From Anthoceros angustus (lineage: Eukaryota; Plantae; Anthocerotophyta): DNA of 41,346 nt. The DNA lies in contig VJWM01000357.1 in the NCBI GenBank assembly GCA_010909165.1, forward strand, positions 1 through 41,346, written 5' to 3'. Positions within the stretch are counted from its first letter, which is position 1; each line of letters begins with the position of its first letter. Below the pieces are notes generated by a model. That model was not told the DNA's origin and did no database searches. It saw only the letters and a program-made list of their open reading frames with translations. A program made the position numbers and the translations under genes. Positions 1-14,110 of this stretch are shown here, piece by piece.

Positions 1-32
1 GAGGTATATGGCATGTGCAACAGGAGAAGGAG

Positions 33-133
33 GGCACATATGCGGCAACGATCCCATCGACACCGGATCCCCCAGAACTCAGCGCCTTGGGCCGGATGAC
101 TGGATGGGTGACCTCCGGAAGTCCTGGTTGCAC
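33..133 (+). rRNA. 5S: 5S rRNA gene copy 1 (indel-degraded)
   Basis: CACCGGATCCC..AGAACTC..CCTTGGGCCGGA..GGATGGGTGACCTCCGGAAGTCCTGG followed by TTTT; TATAT at 5-9. Confidence 0.85.
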
Positions 134-897
134 TTTTCATAAAATTCCTTTTATTTTAAGCTACGCCACCATAATAGCGAAATTTCATTCTAGTCTCTAT
201 ATATGTGTCGGATCAGCATGACAAAATCCGTCCTTAGTGGACTTAAATAAAATTCTTCTTCTTCTTCTTCTTCTTCTAGAGAGAGTTCTTTGCAAACTCT
301 TCTTTCCCCTTTTCGTCTCCAATTTTATGCATGCTAACAATCAGAACAACGATAATTTACTTTATTTAAGTCCACTAAGGACGATTCGCCATGGCACTCA
401 TTTGATAGAGTTACACTAAGGGCATTATGACAATTAACCGCTATTCCGAGTCTTTTGAAACTAGTCTTGAAGCACAATCAAATATCCGCAGTTGAAAAGT
501 TGAATATGTTATGCTTTATTTCCCACATTTGTTTCAAGCAACCTCCGCAATAATAGGGTCGAAAGAGAAAACCCACCCCAAAGTGAAGACCAAGTGTCGT
601 GAATAGATTGATAAACATCATGAATGCGAGGAACACAAGTGTTCTTCGCCTCAACATTTGTTGCATAAATTGACCTTTTGTGGCTTTGATGTAGCATCTA
701 TCGGGCCTCAACAGACTGAGAACACTAAGATGACAATCATCCTCATTAGGCTTGAGACAAGTGAAGATAGAGGAAGCACTTTCCAGTTTGAAACGATGCA
801 AAAACTGTAGGTCTTTAGTGGGTAAGAGAGAAGACCAGATAGGACAAATAGGTGACAACAGGTAGGCAAATAGGTAGTCAACAGGAAGTATAGCTCA

Positions 898-1403
898 CCA
901 AACCAAACCAAACCAAACCAAACCAAACCAAACCAAACCAAACCAAACCAAACCAAACCAACCAAACCAAACCAAATCCAAACCAAACCAAATAAACCAA
1001 ACCAAACCAAATAAACTAAACCAAACCAAACCAAACCAACCAAACCAAACCAAACCAAACCAACCAAACCAAACCAAACCAACCAAACTAAACCAAACCA
1101 AACCAAACCAAACCAAACCAACCAAACCAAACCAAACCAAACCAACCAAACCAAACCAAACCAACCAAACCAAACCAAACCAAACCAAACTAAACCAAAC
1201 CAAACCAAACCAAACCAAACCAAACTAAACCAAACTAACCAAACCAAACCAAACCAAACCAAACCAAACCAAACCAAACCAAACCAAACCAAACCAAACC
1301 AAACCAAACCAAACCAAACCAAACCAAACCAAACCAAACCAAACCAAACCAAACCAAACCAAACCAAACCAAACCAAACCAAACCAAACCAAACCAAAAA
1401 ACC
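898..1403 (+). repeat. (CCAAA)n tract, unit 1
   Basis: Direct reading; occasional CTAAA and ATAAA variants. Confidence 0.97.
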
Positions 1404-1818
1404 CTTTTTGGCACTCTACGGCCTCGCCATGCCATGATATCCGCCACGATCGCACACTCAATCCAACTTCATTCCACCTCATCAATATATAGGCCAAACA
1501 AGTTTGAGAAGATGGATTCCATGGCTATCCATATTGCTAGGTAAATCCAAGAGGCATGCCATGAGGTAGTGCAAAGCAGCATGGCGGACTCCCATATTAC
1601 AAGGTAATCAAGAGGCATGCCACGAGGCACCGCTGATCTCCAAACGAAAACCTAATATTCCGTGAACAAAATCATACTTGGAAGTAATTGTCGTGCATGA
1701 AAAGGGCCACCATCCTCGCGACCCGCGAGAAAAGAGGGGCACCGTGACGGCGAGGCCGCGCCATGTGGAGGTGGAAGCAATGTGTGAGGTATATGGCATG
1801 TGCAACAGGAGAAGGAGC

Positions 1819-1919
1819 GTGTGCGGTCATACCATCGACAACCCACTCACCCATCGAACTCAGCAAGCCTTGGGCCGGATCAAGATCGGATGGGTGACCT
1901 CCGGAAGTCCCGGCTGCAC
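1819..1919 (+). rRNA. 5S: 5S rRNA gene copy 2
   Basis: 5' GTGCGGTCATACC, box C GGATGGGTGACCTCCGGAAGTCC, 3' GCTGCAC then TTTT. Confidence 0.85.
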
Positions 1920-2736
1920 TTTTCTATAAAATTCCTTTATTTTAAGCTACGCCTCATAATAGCAGTTAAATTTCATTCTAGTCTCTCTATATATGTGTCG
2001 GATGCCATGAAAAAAATCCGTCCTTAGTGGACTTAAATAAAATTCTTCTTCTTCTTCTTCTTCTTCTAGAGAGAGTTCTTTGCAAACTCTCTTTCCCCTT
2101 TCGCCAATTTTATGCATGCTAACAACGTATAGAACAACGATAATTTACTTTATTTAAGTCCACTAAGGACGGATTTCCGCCATGGCACTCATTTGATAGA
2201 GTTGCTAAGGGCATTATGACACCAACGCCATTCGAGTCTCGCTTGAAACTAGTGAAGCACAATCAAATATCCGCAGTTGAAAAGTTGAATATGTTATGCC
2301 TTTATTTCCCACATTTGTTTCAAGCAACCTCCGCAATAATAGGTCAAAAGAGAAAACCCACCCCAAAGTGAAGACCAAGTCGAATAGATTGATAAACATC
2401 ATGATGGGATGAGAGGAACACAAAGTGTTCTTCGCCTCAACACCCTTGTTGCATAACTGCAAATTGACTCCTTTGTCGGCTTTGATGTAGCATCTATCGG
2501 GCCTCAATCGAGACTCGAGACCCAACACGAAGATGACCGTAATCATCCTCATTAGGCTTGAAAGACACATGGGTGCTAAGATAGAGGAAGCATGTGTCTT
2601 GACTTGGAAACGATGCAAAACTGCTTGTAGGTCTTCGCCTTAGTGGGTAAGGGAGAGAGAGACACTGTATAGGACAAATAGGTAGTCAACAACAAAAAGG
2701 TAGGCAACAGGTAGTCAAATAGGTAGGCATAGCTCA

Positions 2737-2961
2737 CCAAACCAAACCAAACCAAACCAAACCAAACCAAACCAACTCCAAACCAAACCAAACCAAACCA
2801 AACCAAACCAAACCAAACCAAACCAAACCAAACCAAACCAAACCAAACTAAACCAAACCAAACCAAACCAAAAACCAAACCAAACCAAACCAAACCAAAC
2901 CAAACCAAACCAAACCAAACCAAACCAAACCAAACCAAACCAAACCAAACCAAACCAAACC
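2737..2961 (+). repeat. (CCAAA)n tract, unit 2 (short)
   Basis: Direct reading. Confidence 0.97.
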
Positions 2962-3360
2962 TGGCACTCACGGCTCGCCTTGCTATGATACATCCGCCAC
3001 GATCCGCACACTGCAATCCAACTTCATTCCACCTCATCAATATATAGGCCAAACAAGTTTGAGAAGATGGATTCCCATGGCGACTACCATATTGCTAAAA
3101 TCCAAGAGGCATGCCATGAGGTAGTGCGTCAAAAGCATGGATGGACTCCCATAAGGTAATCAAGAGGCATGCCACGAGGGCACCACGATCTCCAAACGAA
3201 AACCTAATATTCCGGAACAAAATCATACTTGGAAGTAAGTCGCATGAAAAGGCCACCATCCCCGCGACCGCCCGCGAGGGAGGCACCGTGACGGCGAGGG
3301 GTGCGCGTGTGGAGGGTGGAAGCAATGTGTGAGGTATATGGCATGTGCAAGGAGAAGGAG

Positions 3361-3449
3361 CGCAGCGGTCATAGGCAACGAAAGGATCCCATCAACCGAG
3401 AACGCCTGGATCAAGATCGATGGGTGACCTCCCGAAGTCCTGGTCGCAC
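3361..3449 (+). rRNA. 5S: 5S rRNA gene copy 3 (shortened)
   Basis: GCGGTCATA..GGATCCCATC..GATGGGTGACCTCCCGAAGTCCTGG then TTTT. Confidence 0.75.
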
Positions 3450-4137
3450 TTTTCTATAAAATTCATTTTAAGCTACGCCACCATAATAGCGATTTCTTCA
3501 GTCTCATATATGTGTGCCACATGTTACAGTGGACTTAAATAAAATTCTTCTTCTTCTTCTTCTTCTTCTAGAGAGGTTTGCAAACTCTTCTTGTCTCCAA
3601 TTTTATGCATGCTAACAATGATAGAACTTACAATTTACTTTATTTAAGTCCACTAAGGACTGATTCAGGCACTCATTTGATAGAGTTATAACATTATGAC
3701 TTAACCGCTATTCTTTCGCTTGAAATCTAGTGTGAAGCACAATCAAATATCGCAGTTGAAAGTTGAATATGGCTATTTACATTTGTTTCAAGCAACCTCC
3801 GCTAATGGGTCAGAAAAGAGTCACCCCAAAGTGAAGACCAAGTCATTTGATAGATTGATCATCATGAATGGGACAGAGGAACACAAAGTGTTCTTCTCAA
3901 CACTTGTTGCATAATGTGATCCTTTGTCGGCTTTGATGTAGCAAGCCTCAATCCGAGATGGAGACAAATAAAGATGACTAATCATCCTCATTACTTGAAA
4001 GACACATCTAAGATAGAGAAACATGTGTTTCACTTGAAGATAAAACCGCTTGTATCTTCGCATAAAGAGAAGACATAACAAATAGTAGTCAACAACAAAA
4101 AAGGTAGGCAATGTAGTCAAATGGTAGGCATAGCTCA

Positions 4138-4587
4138 CCAAACCAAACCAAACCCCAAACCAAACCACCACTCTCCAAACCAAACCAAACCAAACCCCAA
4201 ACTAAACCAAACCACCAAACCAAACCAAACCCTCTCCAAACCAAACTCCAAACTCACCAAACCAAACCAAACCTCACCAAACCAAACTCCAAACCAAACC
4301 CCAAACTAAACCAAACCCCAAACTCTCCAAACTAAACCAAACTAAACCAAACTCAAATCAAACAAACCAAACAAACCAACCAAACCAAACCAACTCCAAA
4401 CCAAACCAAACCAAACCAAACCAAACCAAACCAAACCAAACCAAACCAAACCAAACCAAACCAAACCAAACCAACCAAACCAAACTAAACTAAACTAAAC
4501 CAAACCAAACCAAACCAAACCAAACCAAACCAAACCAAACCAAACCAAACCAAACCAAACCAAACCAAACTAAACCAAACCAAACCC
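4138..4587 (+). repeat. (CCAAA)n tract, unit 3
   Basis: Direct reading; degenerate left half. Confidence 0.95.
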
Positions 4588-4967
4588 TTTTTGGCACCAC
4601 GGCCGCCTAAGTGCCATGATACATCACGATCTCACATTAATCCAACTTCATTCCACCTCATCAATATATAGGCCAAACAAGTTTGGAAAGATGGATTCCA
4701 TGGCATCACCATATTGCTAGGTAAATCCAAGAGGCATGCCATGAGGTAGTGCAAAAAAAAGATGGCGACCCCATATTACAAGGTAATCAAGAGGCATGCC
4801 ACGAGGGCACTGATCTCCAAACGAAAACCTAATATTCCAAAGAACAAAATCATACTTGGAAGTAATTGTCGGGCATGAAAAAGGCCACCATCCTGCGACC
4901 GCGAGAGAACCGTGACGGCGAGGCCGCGTGGAGGCAATGTGAGGTATATGTGCAACAGAGAAGGAGC

Positions 4968-5052
4968 GCAGGTACCATGCAACGACACGATCCCATCAAC
5001 CGCTAAGCCTTGGATCGGATCGGGATGGGTGACCTCCGAAGTCCTCCGCACC
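4968..5052 (+). rRNA. 5S: 5S rRNA gene copy 4 (shortened)
   Basis: GATCCCATCA..GGGATGGGTGACCTCCGAAGTCC..GCACCC. Confidence 0.75.
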
Positions 5053-5712
5053 CTTTCAAAAAATTTTTATTTTTACCGCCTCATAATAGCGCTTTCATTC
5101 TAGTCTCTATATATGTGTCGGATCACATGACAAAAATCCGTCCTTAGTGGACTTAAATTCTTCTTCTTCTTCCTTCTAGAGAGTTCGCAAACTCTTCTTT
5201 CGTCTCCAATTTTTATGCATAACAACCGCAGAACAACTCAATTTACTTTATTTAAGTCCACTAAGGACGGATTTCGCCATGGCACTCATTTGATAGAGTT
5301 ACACTGTCATATGACAAACTTATTCTAGTCTCTTTTGAAACTAGTCTGTGAAGCACAATCAAATATCCGTTTGAAAAGTTGAATATGTTATCTCTTATTT
5401 CACATTTGTTTCGCAATCCCGCAATTCGTGAGAGCCCACCCCAAAGTGAAGACCGTCGTCAGAATAGATTGATAAACATTTCATGAATGTAGGAACACTT
5501 CTCCTCAACTTTGTTGATCTCAAATATTTTCCGGGCTTTATGAAGCATTCATCGTCTCGAGACTATGAGACAGACGACCCAATCATCCTCATTAGGCTTG
5601 AAAGACACATCCCTGAGAGGAGTCCTTAAACGATCAAAAAGTGTGGTCTTCTCAGAGAGAGGAGACCATACATATAGTCAACAACGGAGGCAAATATGTC
5701 TGGTAGGCTTGA

Positions 5713-6136
5713 ACCCCCCCCAAACCCCCCCCTCCAAACCAAACCCCCCAAACTCCAAACCCTCAACCCCAAACCAAACCAAACCAAACTCCAACCAAAC
5801 CAAACCAAACTTCCAAATCCAAACCAAACCAAACCAAACCAAACCAAACTCACCAAACCAAACCAAACTAAACCAAACCAAACCAAACCAAACCAAATAC
5901 AAACCAAACCAAACCAAACCAAACCAAACTAAACCAAACTAAACCAACCAAACCAAATCCAAACCAAACTAAACCAAACCAAACCAAACCAAACCAAACC
6001 AAACCAAACCAAACTAAACCAAACCAACCAAACCAAACCAAACCAAACCAAACCAAACTAAACCAAACCAAACCAAACCAAACCAAACCAAACCAAACCA
6101 AACCAAACTAAACCAAACCAAACCAAACCAAACCCC
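5713..6136 (+). repeat. (CCAAA)n tract, unit 4
   Basis: Direct reading; C-rich degenerate left edge. Confidence 0.95.
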
Positions 6137-6532
6137 TTTTTGGCACCCACGCCTCGCCAAGTGCCATGACATCCGCCACGATCCACACTCCGCAATCCAA
6201 CTTCATTCCACCTCATCAATATATAGGCCAAACAAGTTTGAGAAGATGGATTCCATGGCATCACCATATTGCTAGGTAAATCCAAGAGGCATGCCATGAG
6301 GTAGTGCAAGCATGGACTCCATATTACAAAATCAAGAGGCATGCCACGGGCACCGATCTCCAAACGAAAACCTAATATTCCATGAACAAAATCATACTTG
6401 GAAGTAATTGTCGCATGAAGGGCCACCATCCCCCGCGACCCGCGCGAGAAAAGAGGGCACCGTGACGCGGCGGGGCGCGCGCTGGTGGAGGGTGGAAGCA
6501 ATGTGTGAGGTATATGGCATGCAACAGAGAAT

Positions 6533-6619
6533 GGGTGCGCATACAGGCAACGACACCGGATCCCATCAACTCAGTTAAGCTGGCCGGATCAAGATGGATA
6601 TGACCTCAAGTCCTGGCAC
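6533..6619 (+). rRNA. 5S: 5S rRNA gene copy 5 (shortened)
   Basis: GGGTGCG..CACCGGATCCCATCA..CAGTTAAGC..TGACCTC..AAGTCCTGG. Confidence 0.75.
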
Positions 6620-7205
6620 TATAAAATTTTTATTTTAAATTCTCTCATAATAGTGCTTAAATTTCATTCTAGTCTCTATATATGTGCCGGATCAAATCCG
6701 TCCTTAGTGGACTTAAATCTTCTTCTTCTTCTTCTTCTAGATCGCATTCTTCTCTCCAATTTTATGCATGCTTCTCACAGAACCTCTTTACTTTATTTAA
6801 GTCCACTAAGGACTCCGGCACTCATTTGATAGAGTTACAAAGGCATTATGACAAATTATTCTATCTCTCGCTACTAGGGCACAATCAAATATCCGTTGTT
6901 GAGAGTTGAATCTGATTTCCCATTTGTTAAGCAACTGCCTTTTGAGAGCCCACTGAAGACCAAGTGCCATAGAATAAATTGAAGTTGGAACGTGTTCGGC
7001 CTCAATTGTTGCATAACTTATTCATTGTCTGCTTTATTCATCTCAATTAGTGAGCAACACAAGATGACAAATCATCCTCATTAGGCTTGAAAGACACTGC
7101 AAGATAGAGAATACATGTTTCTGGGAGAAACAAAACCCATTCTCACTGTTAAAGAGAGGAGACCTAGCAAATTGTCACTGGTAGGCTGGTAGTCTACATA
7201 GCTCA

Positions 7206-7603
7206 CCCCCCTCCCTCCCCAAACCCCCTCCAAATTCACCTCCCTCATTCTTCCACCCTCTCTCCCTCCCCAAACCAAACTTCCACCAAACCCCAAACCA
7301 AACCAACCCCAAACCAAACCAAACCTTCCACCCCAAACTCCAAACCAAACCAACCAAACCAAACCAAACCCTAAACCACCAAACCAAACCAAACCAAACT
7401 AAACCAAACCAAACCAAACCAAACCAAACTAAACCAACCAAACCAAACCAAACTAAACCAAACCAAACCAAACCAACCAAACCAAACCAAACCAAACCAA
7501 ACCAAACCAAACCAAACCAAACCAAACCAAACCAAACCAAACCAAACCAAACCAAACCAAACCAAACCAAACCAAACCAAACCAACCAAACCAAACTAAA
7601 CCC
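7206..7603 (+). repeat. (CCAAA)n tract, unit 5
   Basis: Direct reading; C-rich degenerate left edge. Confidence 0.93.
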
Positions 7604-7992
7604 TTTTTTTCTACTACCGCCTGCCATGATACATCCGCCACGATCCGCACACGCAATCCAACTTCATTCCACCTCATCAATATAGGCCAAACAAGTTTGG
7701 AGAAGATGGATTCCTCATGGCATTACCATATTGCTAGGTAAATCCAAGAGGCATGCCATGAGGTAGTGCAAAAAAAGCATGGACTCATATTACAAGGTAA
7801 TCAAGAGGCATGCCGAGGGCACCGCTGATCTCCAAACGAAAACCTAATATTCCGGAACAAAATCATACTTGGAAGTAATTGTCGTGCATGAAAAAGGCCA
7901 CCATCCTCGACCGCCGCGAGAAAGAGGGGCACCGTGACGCAGGCGGGGCGCATGTGAGGGTGGAAGCAGTGGCGGGTGCAATGAGAAGGAGC

Positions 7993-8070
7993 TGCAGCGG
8001 TGTGGCAACGACACCGATCCCAGAACTCCGCAGACTTGGCCATATCGGATGGTGACCTCCAAGTCCCGCT
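7993..8070 (+). rRNA. 5S: 5S rRNA gene copy 6 (most degraded)
   Basis: CAGAACTCCGCAG..GGATGGTGACCTCCAAGTCC, at the expected position in the unit. Confidence 0.7.
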
Positions 8071-8719
8071 TCTATAAAAATTTTAAGACGCCACCATAAT
8101 AGCGCTTAAATTTCAAGTCTTCTATATATGTGTCAATGCCATGACAAAATCACCTTAGTGGACTTAAATAAACTTCTTCTTCAGAGAGTTCTTTGCAAAC
8201 TCTTCTTCCCCTTTATCTCCAATTTATGCATGCTAACAATGCAGAACAACGACAATTTACTTTATTTAAGTCCACTAAGATGATTTCATGGCACTCTTGA
8301 TGTGAGTTACAAGGGCATTAAGACACAATCATTAGTGCCTGAAACTAGTCTTCACAATCAAATATCCGCTTGATTGAATATGTTATTTTATTTCACATTT
8401 GTTTCAAGCAACCTCCTAATACAGCACCCCAAAGTGAAGACCAAGCTCAGAATAGATTGATAAACATCATGAATTTACACTCTTCCTCAACAGTGCATAA
8501 TCCGCAAATTCCCTTTCGGCTTTGATTCCATCTATGTAATAGTGAGACCCAACAAAGATGACCCGTAATCATCCTCATTAGGCTTGAAAGACACATGGGT
8601 CAAGATAGAGAGGAAGCACAAACCGCACTTCGATGCACTGCACACTTAGTGGGTAAGAGAGAGAGGAGACCTCAAATGGTAGTCAACGGTAGGCAAATAG
8701 GTAGTCAAATATTAGCTCA

Positions 8720-9173
8720 CCCCAAACCAAACCCCCCAACCATAAACCAAACCCCCCAAACCCAAACCAAACCCAAACCAAACCAAACCACTCCCCACTT
8801 CCAAATCCAAACCACCCTCACCCTCCTCCCCAAACCAAACCAAACTCCCCCCAAACCAAACCAAACCAAACCAAACCAAACCCAAACCAAACCAAACCAA
8901 ACCAAACCAAACCAAACCAAACCAAACCAAACCAAACCAACCAAACCAAACCAAACCAAACCAAACCAAACCAAACCAAACCAAACTAAACCAAACCAAA
9001 CCAACCAAACCAAACCAAACCAAACCAAACCAAACCAAACCAAACCAAACTAAACCAAACCAAACCAAACCAAACTAAACCAAACCAAACCAAACCAAAC
9101 CAAACCAAACCAAACCAAACTAAACCAAACCAAACCAAACTAAACCAAACCAAACTAAACCAAACTAAACCCC
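8720..9173 (+). repeat. (CCAAA)n tract, unit 6
   Basis: Direct reading. Confidence 0.95.
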
Positions 9174-9548
9174 TTACACTGCCGGCTGCCATGATACATC
9201 CGCCACATCCACAGCAATCCAACTTCATTCCACCTCATCAATATATAGGCCAAACAAGTTTGGAAGATGGATTCTGGCGTATCACCATATTGCTAGGTAA
9301 ATCCAAGAGGCATGCCATGAGGTAGTGCAGCAAGATGGACTCTATTACAAGGTAAATCAAGAGGCATGCCACGAGGGCACCGCTGATTCCAAACGAAAAC
9401 CTAATATTCCGTGAACAAAATCATACTTGGAAGTAATTGTCGCACGGGCCACCATCCCGCGACCGCCCTGAGAAAAGAGGGGCACCGTGACGGCGAGCGC
9501 GCTGTGAGGGTGGAAGCAATGTGTGAGGCATGCAACAGGAGAAGGAGC

Positions 9549-9630
9549 GTGCGGCGTCCAGGCAACGACACCGGATCCCATCAGACCTTGGGCCGGATCG
9601 ATCGGGATGGGTGACCAAGTCCTGTCGCAC
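9549..9630 (+). rRNA. 5S: 5S rRNA gene copy 7 (shortened)
   Basis: CACCGGATCCCATCAGA..CCTTGGGCCGGA..GGGATGGGTGACC then TTTTT. Confidence 0.75.
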
Positions 9631-10329
9631 TTTTTCTATAAAATTCTTTTATTTTTGTTACCATCATAATAGCAGCTAAATTTCATTCTAGTCTCTCTAT
9701 ATTTGATCAGCATGACAAAAATCCGTCCTTAGTGGACTTAAATAAAATTCTTCTTCTTCTTCTTCTTCTTCTAGAGAGAGTTCTTGCAAACTCTTCTTTC
9801 CCTTTTCGTCTCCAATTTTATGCATGCCAACATAGAACAACGCAATTTACTTTATTTAAGTCCACTAAGGATTTGATTCCATGGCACTATTTGATAGAGT
9901 TACACCAAGGGCATTATGACAAACCGCTATTCGAGTCTCTGAAACTAGTGTTTTCAAATGCAGTTGAAAAGGAATATGTTATGCCTTATTTCCACATTTG
10001 TTTCAAGCAACCTCCAATAATTGAAAAGAGAAAACCCACCCCAAAGTGAAGATCGATAGATTGATAAACATCATGAATGGGACAGAGGAACAAAGTGTTC
10101 TTACCTCAACACCCTTGTTGCATAACTGCAAATTGACCTTGTCGCTTTGGATGATATCTATCGCCCCAAGAGAGAGTAACACAAGATGACAATCATCCCC
10201 ATAGTTGAAAGACACATGGGTGCAAGATAGAGAGGAAGCACAATCCAAACGATGAAAAACTGCTTGCTTAGTGGGTAAGGGAGAGAAAACCTTAACAAAT
10301 GTAGTCAACAACAGTGTTAGTCTAGGCAT

Positions 10330-10818
10330 CCCCTCCAAACCAAACCAAACCAAACCCCCCAAACCAAACCAAACTCCAAACCAAACCAAACCAAACCAAA
10401 CCAAACCCCCCAAACCAAACCAAACCAAACCAAACCAAACTCCAAACTCCAAACCTCCAAACTAAACCAAACCAAACCCAAACCAAACCAAACCAAACCA
10501 AACCAAACCAAACCAAACCAAACCAAACCAAACCAAACCAAACCAAACTAAACCAAACCAAACCAAGTAAACCAAACTAAACCAAACCAAACCAAACCAA
10601 ACCAAACCAAACCAAACCAAACCAAACCAAACCAAACCAACCAAACCAAACCAAACCAAACCAAACCAAACCAAACCAAACCAAACCAAACTAAACCAAA
10701 CCAAACCAAACCAAACCAAACCAAACCAAACTAAACCAAACCAAACCAAACCAAACCAAACCAAACTAAACCAAACCAAACCAACCAAACCAAACCAAAC
10801 CAAACCAAACCAAACCCC
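10330..10818 (+). repeat. (CCAAA)n tract, unit 7
   Basis: Direct reading. Confidence 0.95.
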
Positions 10819-11223
10819 TTTTTGGCACTCTACGCCCATGCCATGATACATCCGCCACGATCCGCACACCGCAATCCAACTTCATTCCACCTCATCAATA
10901 TATAGGCCAAACAAGTTTGGAGAAGATGGATTCCCATGGCATCACCATATTGCTAGGTAAATCCAAGAGGCATGCCATGAGGTAAAAGTAAAAGCATGGC
11001 GGACTCCCATATTAAGGTAATCAAGAGGCATGCCACGAGGGCACCACGATCTCCAAACGAAAACCTAATATTCCGTGAACAAAATCATACTTGGAAGTAA
11101 TTGTCGGCATGAAAAGGGCCACCATCCCTGCGACCGCGCGAAAGAGGGGCACCGTGATGGCGAGGCCGCGCGTGGAGGTGGAAGCAATGTGAGGTATATG
11201 GCATGTGCAACAGGAGAAGGAGC

Positions 11224-11310
11224 GTGCTCATAGTGGGCAACGACACCGGATCCCATCGAACTCACAAGCGCGGATCAAGATCGGGATGGGTGACCTCCCA
11301 AGTCCCGCAC
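11224..11310 (+). rRNA. 5S: 5S rRNA gene copy 8 (shortened)
   Basis: CACCGGATCCCATCGAACTC..GGGATGGGTGACCTCCCAAGTCC then TTTT. Confidence 0.75.
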
Positions 11311-12051
11311 TTTTCTATAAAAATTCTTTTATTTAAGTTACCACCTCATAATAGTTAAATTTCATTCTAGTCTCTATATATGTGTGTTATGAAAAATCCG
11401 TCTTAGTGGACTTAAAAAATTCTTCTTCTTCTTCTTCTCTTCTAGAGAGTTCTTTGCAAACTCTTTTCCCCTTTTCGGCTCCAATTTTATGCATGCTAAC
11501 AAGACAGAACAACGACAATTTACTTTATTTAAGTCCACTATGACGATGGCACTCATTTGATAGAGTTACACTATCATTATGACAATTAACCGCTATTCGA
11601 GTCTCGCTGAAACTAGTCTTGCACAATCAAATATCCGGCAGTTGAAAAGTTGAATATGTTGCCTCTTATTTTCACATTTGTTTCAACCTCCCGCAATAGG
11701 GCCGAAAAGAGCCCACCCCAAAGTGAAGACCAAGCCGAATAGATTGATAAACATCATGAATGATGAGGAACACAAAGTGTTTGGCCTCAACACCCTTGTT
11801 GCATAATCAATTTGACTCCTTTGCCGGCTTGGATGAGCCCATCGCCTCAAAGAGAGAGACCCAACACTAAGATGACCAAATCATCCTCATTAGTTTGAAA
11901 GACACATGGGTGCAAGATGAGAAAGCAGTGTTTCCTTGACTTGGAAACGATTAAAAACTGCTTGTGGTCTCAAGTGGGTAAGAGAGAGGAGACCATAGGA
12001 CAAATAGGTAGTCAACAACGGTAGGCAAATAGGTAGTCAACAGGTAGCTCA

Positions 12052-12503
12052 CCATACCACTCCAAACCCCAAACCAAACCAAACCCCCCAAACCAAACCA
12101 AACCCCAAACTCCCCAAACCAAACCAAACCAAACCAAACCAAACCAAACCAAACTAAACCAAATCAAACCAAACCAAACCCAACCAAACCAAACCAAACC
12201 AAACCAAACCAAACCAAACTAAACCAAACCAAACCAAACCAAACCAAACCAACCAAACCAAACCAAAAACCAAACCAAACCAAACCAAACTAAACCAAAC
12301 CAAACCAACAAACAAACCAAACCAAACTAAACCAAACCAAACCAAACCAAACCAAACCAAACCAAACCAAACCAAACCAACAAACAAACTAAACCAAACC
12401 AAACCAAACTAAACCAAACCAAACCAAACCAAACCAAACCAAACCAAACCAAACCAAACTAAACAAACCAACAAACCAAACCAAACCAAACCAAACCAAA
12501 CCC
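12052..12503 (+). repeat. (CCAAA)n tract, unit 8
   Basis: Direct reading. Confidence 0.95.
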
Positions 12504-12910
12504 TTGGCACCCACGGCTGGATACATCCACGATCCGCACACTGCAATCCAACTTCATTCCACCTCATCAATATATAGGCCAAACAAGTTTGAGAAGATGG
12601 ATTCCATGGCGATCACCATATTGCTAGGTAAATCCAAGAGGCATGCCATGAGGTAGTGCAGTCAAAAGCAGCATGGCGGACTCCATATTACAAGGTAAAT
12701 CAAGAGGCATGCCACGAGGGCACACGATCTCCAAACGAAAACCTAATATTCCATGAACAAAATCATACTTGGAAGTAATTGTCGCATGAAAAGGGCCACC
12801 ATCCCCTGCGACCGCCGCGAGAAAAGAGGGGCACCGTGACGTGCGAGCCGCGCGCGGTGTGGAGGGTGGAAGCAATGTGAGGTATATGGCATGTGCAACA
12901 GGAGAAGGAT

Positions 12911-13002
12911 GGCGCGGTCACCAGGGCAACGACACCGGATCCCATGAACTGCAGAAGCGCCTTGGGCCGGATCAGACATGGGACCTCTCCTGGTGCTGCA
13001 CC
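12911..13002 (+). rRNA. 5S: 5S rRNA gene copy 9
   Basis: GCGGTCACCAGGGC..CACCGGATCCCAT..AAGCGCCTTGGGCCGGA..TGGTGCTGCACCC then TTTT. Confidence 0.8.
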
Positions 13003-13635
13003 CTTTTCTATAAAAATTTTTTATTTTAAGCGCTCATAATAGCAGTTAAATTTCATTCTAGTCTCTATATATGTGTCGGATCCATGACAAAAACCGTCCT
13101 TAGTGGACTTAAATAAAATTCTTCTTCTTCTTCTTCTTCTAGAGAGAGTTCTTGCAAACTTCTTTCCCCTTTTCTCTCCAATTTTTATGCATGCTAACAA
13201 TCGTATAGAACAACCATACAATTTACTTTATTTTAAGTCCACTAAGGATTGATCATGGCACTCATTTGATGAGTTACACGCATTATGACAAATATTTAGT
13301 CTCGCTTGAAACTAGTCTTGAAGCACATCAAATATCAGGAAAAGTTGAATATTTCGCTCTTATTCCACATTTTCATCCTCCAATTGTGGAGAAAACCCAC
13401 CCCAAAGTGAAGACCATTTAAATAGAGACAAACATCATGAATACAGAGAAACTATCAACATTGTTAAGCAATTTGAGATAGATTTGATCAGACAGCAACA
13501 TAAGATGACAAAATCATCCTCATTAGCTTGAAAGACACTCTAAGAAAACTGTGTTTCTCATTTGAAAGCAAAACTATCTCGCATAAGAGAGAAAACTGAT
13601 CTGTAGTCAACAACTTCTTAGTCATGGATAGCTCA

Positions 13636-14110
13636 CCCCCCCAAACCAAACCAAACCAAACCCCCCCCAAACCAAACCCCCCCCAAACCAACCCCAAACC
13701 AAATAAACCAAACCACCCCAAACCCCAAACCCCCCAAACCAAACCAAACCAAACCCCAAACCAAACCAAACCCCAAACCCCAAACCAAATAAACCAAACC
13801 AAACCAAACCAAACCAAACCAAACCAAATAAACCAAATAAACCAAACCAAACCAAACCAAACCAAACCAACCAAACCAAACCAAACCAAACCAAACCAAA
13901 CCAACCAAATAAACCAAACCAAACCAAACCAAACCAAACCAAACCAAACCAAACCAAACCAAACCAACCAAACCAAACCAAACCAAACCAAACCAAACCA
14001 AACCAAACCAAACCAAACCAAACCAAACCAAACCAAACCAAACCAAACCAAACCAAACTAAACCAAACCAAACCAAACCAAACCAAACCAAACCAAACCA
14101 AACCAAACCC
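13636..14110 (+). repeat. (CCAAA)n tract, unit 9
   Basis: Direct reading. Confidence 0.95.
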
